From NCBI GenBank assembly GCA_903843285.1, contig CAIMPC010000073.1, forward strand, positions 20,578 through 84,577: 64,000 nt of DNA. The letters run 5' to 3'. This document shows, in pieces, positions 63,030 through 64,000 of the stretch. Each line of letters begins with the position of its first letter. Position 1 is the first letter of the stretch. The translations under genes were made by a program, and so were the position numbers. Source of the DNA: Candidatus Omnitrophota bacterium (GTDB lineage: Bacteria; Omnitrophota; Gorgyraeia; 2-01-FULL-45-10). The notes beneath the pieces were generated by a model. It did no database searches. It worked only from the letters and a program-made list of their open reading frames with translations, and was not told the origin of the DNA.

Positions 63030-63103
63030 TGACGGGTTGTGTAACGGTAGCACAGCAGACTCTGGATCTGCTTGTCTAGGTTCAAATCCTAGCCCGTCAG
63101 CCA
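63030..63103 (+). tRNA. tRNA-Gln (CUG)
   Basis: TGACGGG...GCAGA-CTCTGGA-TCTGC...GGTTCAAATCC...CCCGTCAGCCA. Confidence 0.96.
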
Positions 63104-63181
63104 CCGTACCATTCGCAAGGTATCTGAATATTAGGAGAAGCTTGCTTTTATCGATATATTGGATATAATAAGTACCCCAGT

Positions 63182-63673
63182 ATGATAATATACGAAGATA
63201 TATTCAGGGAATTTCAGAAACATAAGGTGCGGTATGCGCTTGTGGGAGGCATAGCTTTTAATCTTCTGGGTGGCAATAGGAATACCCTTGACATGGATAT
63301 TCTTGCTGAAATGACGGATTCCAATCTTCGTAAAATAGTGAATATTCTTAAAAAAGCCGGTTATCATGTGAAGCAACCGGTGAATCCGATCGACGTGGCG
63401 GACGCTAAAATCCGAAAAGATTGGATAAAGAATAAAAATATGAAAGCCCTAAATTTTTATAAGGGCGATGAAACCTACGAAGAGGTTGACTTAATAATAG
63501 GCTCATCTGTTGATTATGACGAGGCTAGTAAAGACGTGATGAATATAAATGTTGGATCGTTGAAGCTTTCGGTTATTTCACCGAAGAAATTAATTAAGAT
63601 GAAGATAGAAGCAGGCCGTGATATTGATCTGCTCGATGTCAAAGCTCTGAAAATTTTGATGAGAAGAAAATAA
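63182..63673 (+). CDS. Nucleotidyltransferase (AbiEii-like / pol-beta superfamily)
   Basis: YALVGGIA..L.G..RNTLDMDIL; EVDL; LIKMK..AGRDIDLLDV. Confidence 0.78.
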   Translation: MIIYEDIFREFQKHKVRYALVGGIAFNLLGGNRNTLDMDILAEMTDSNLRKIVNILKKAGYHVKQPVNPIDVADAKIRKDWIKNKNMKALNFYKGDETYEEVDLIIGSSVDYDEASKDVMNINVGSLKLSVISPKKLIKMKIEAGRDIDLLDVKALKILMRRK

Positions 63674-63831
63674 TGTTTGGCTGGGAATCGGAAAAGGCTA
63701 AGATACTTCGTGGCGCTAAAATATCCGTGGGAAAAAAAATGGAAGCTTTTCGCTTAATGAACGAATTGGGCGATAGAGTGCTGACTTTGCGCCAGAAAAT
63801 CGTCAGAAGACAGTTGAGACAAGGGCGATAA
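63673..63831 (+). CDS. Small basic 52-aa protein coupled to the nucleotidyltransferase (not in ORF track)
   Basis: TAATG overlap; MFGWESEKAKILRGAKISVGKKMEAFRLMNELGDRVLTLRQKIVRRQLRQGR. Confidence 0.6.
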   Translation: MFGWESEKAKILRGAKISVGKKMEAFRLMNELGDRVLTLRQKIVRRQLRQGR

Positions 63832-63847
63832 TCGGATAAACTTTTAA

Positions 63848-63932
63848 GCGGAGATGGTGGAACTGGCAGACACGCATGTTTGAGGGGCATGTGCCGCAAG
63901 GCTTGGGGGTTCAAATCCCCCTCTCCGCACCA
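63848..63932 (+). tRNA. tRNA-Leu (GAG)
   Basis: GCGGAGA...CATGT-TTGAGGG-GCATG, variable arm GCCGCAAGGC, TCTCCGCACCA. Confidence 0.96.
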
Positions 63933-64000
63933 TACTACGCCTTCTACGGAAGGCGAGACAAGGCTTCGTATGGTAAACCAGGTGATAATGTATGTTTATA

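Overview
Bacterial chromosomal window spanning the replication origin. Gene content and style (H-X-DG prepilin-like protein, short PheT, Vor/Kor 2-oxoacid oxidoreductase, ThiH, MetV) suggest an anaerobic PVC-superphylum organism, possibly Ca. Omnitrophota; this is inference only. Left arm (minus strand): glmS (partial), nagA, a ~5.3 kb integrase-less island bounded by a perfect 47-bp duplication of the tRNA-Glu 3' end, then gyrA, intein-containing gyrB, dciA, dnaN and dnaA. The island carries an IS1202-like element, an orphan ECF sigma factor with a riboswitch-like leader, and small AT-rich membrane ORFs. A bipartite oriC flanks dnaA. Right arm (plus strand): rpmH-rnpA-yidD-yidC-parS-parAB, ndk-yicC-gmk-rpoZ-coaC-coaB, three tRNAs, thrS-infC-rpmI-rplT-pheST, 6S RNA, rarA, thiamine genes, an Rrf2-Cys/Met operon, a redox cluster, an MNT-HEPN toxin-antitoxin pair, iscSU, ygfA-rny-ymdB, a MITE-like foldback, xseAB-ispA-dxs, a 4-subunit 2-oxoacid:ferredoxin oxidoreductase, gltX-glnS-tRNA-Gln, a nucleotidyltransferase gene pair and tRNA-Leu. 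No CRISPR array or rRNA was seen. The best novelty candidates are the structured attenuator leader of the island ECF sigma, the cassette-like ORF array in the island, and several non-coding foldback elements. All calls come from reading the sequence by eye; no database searches were run.
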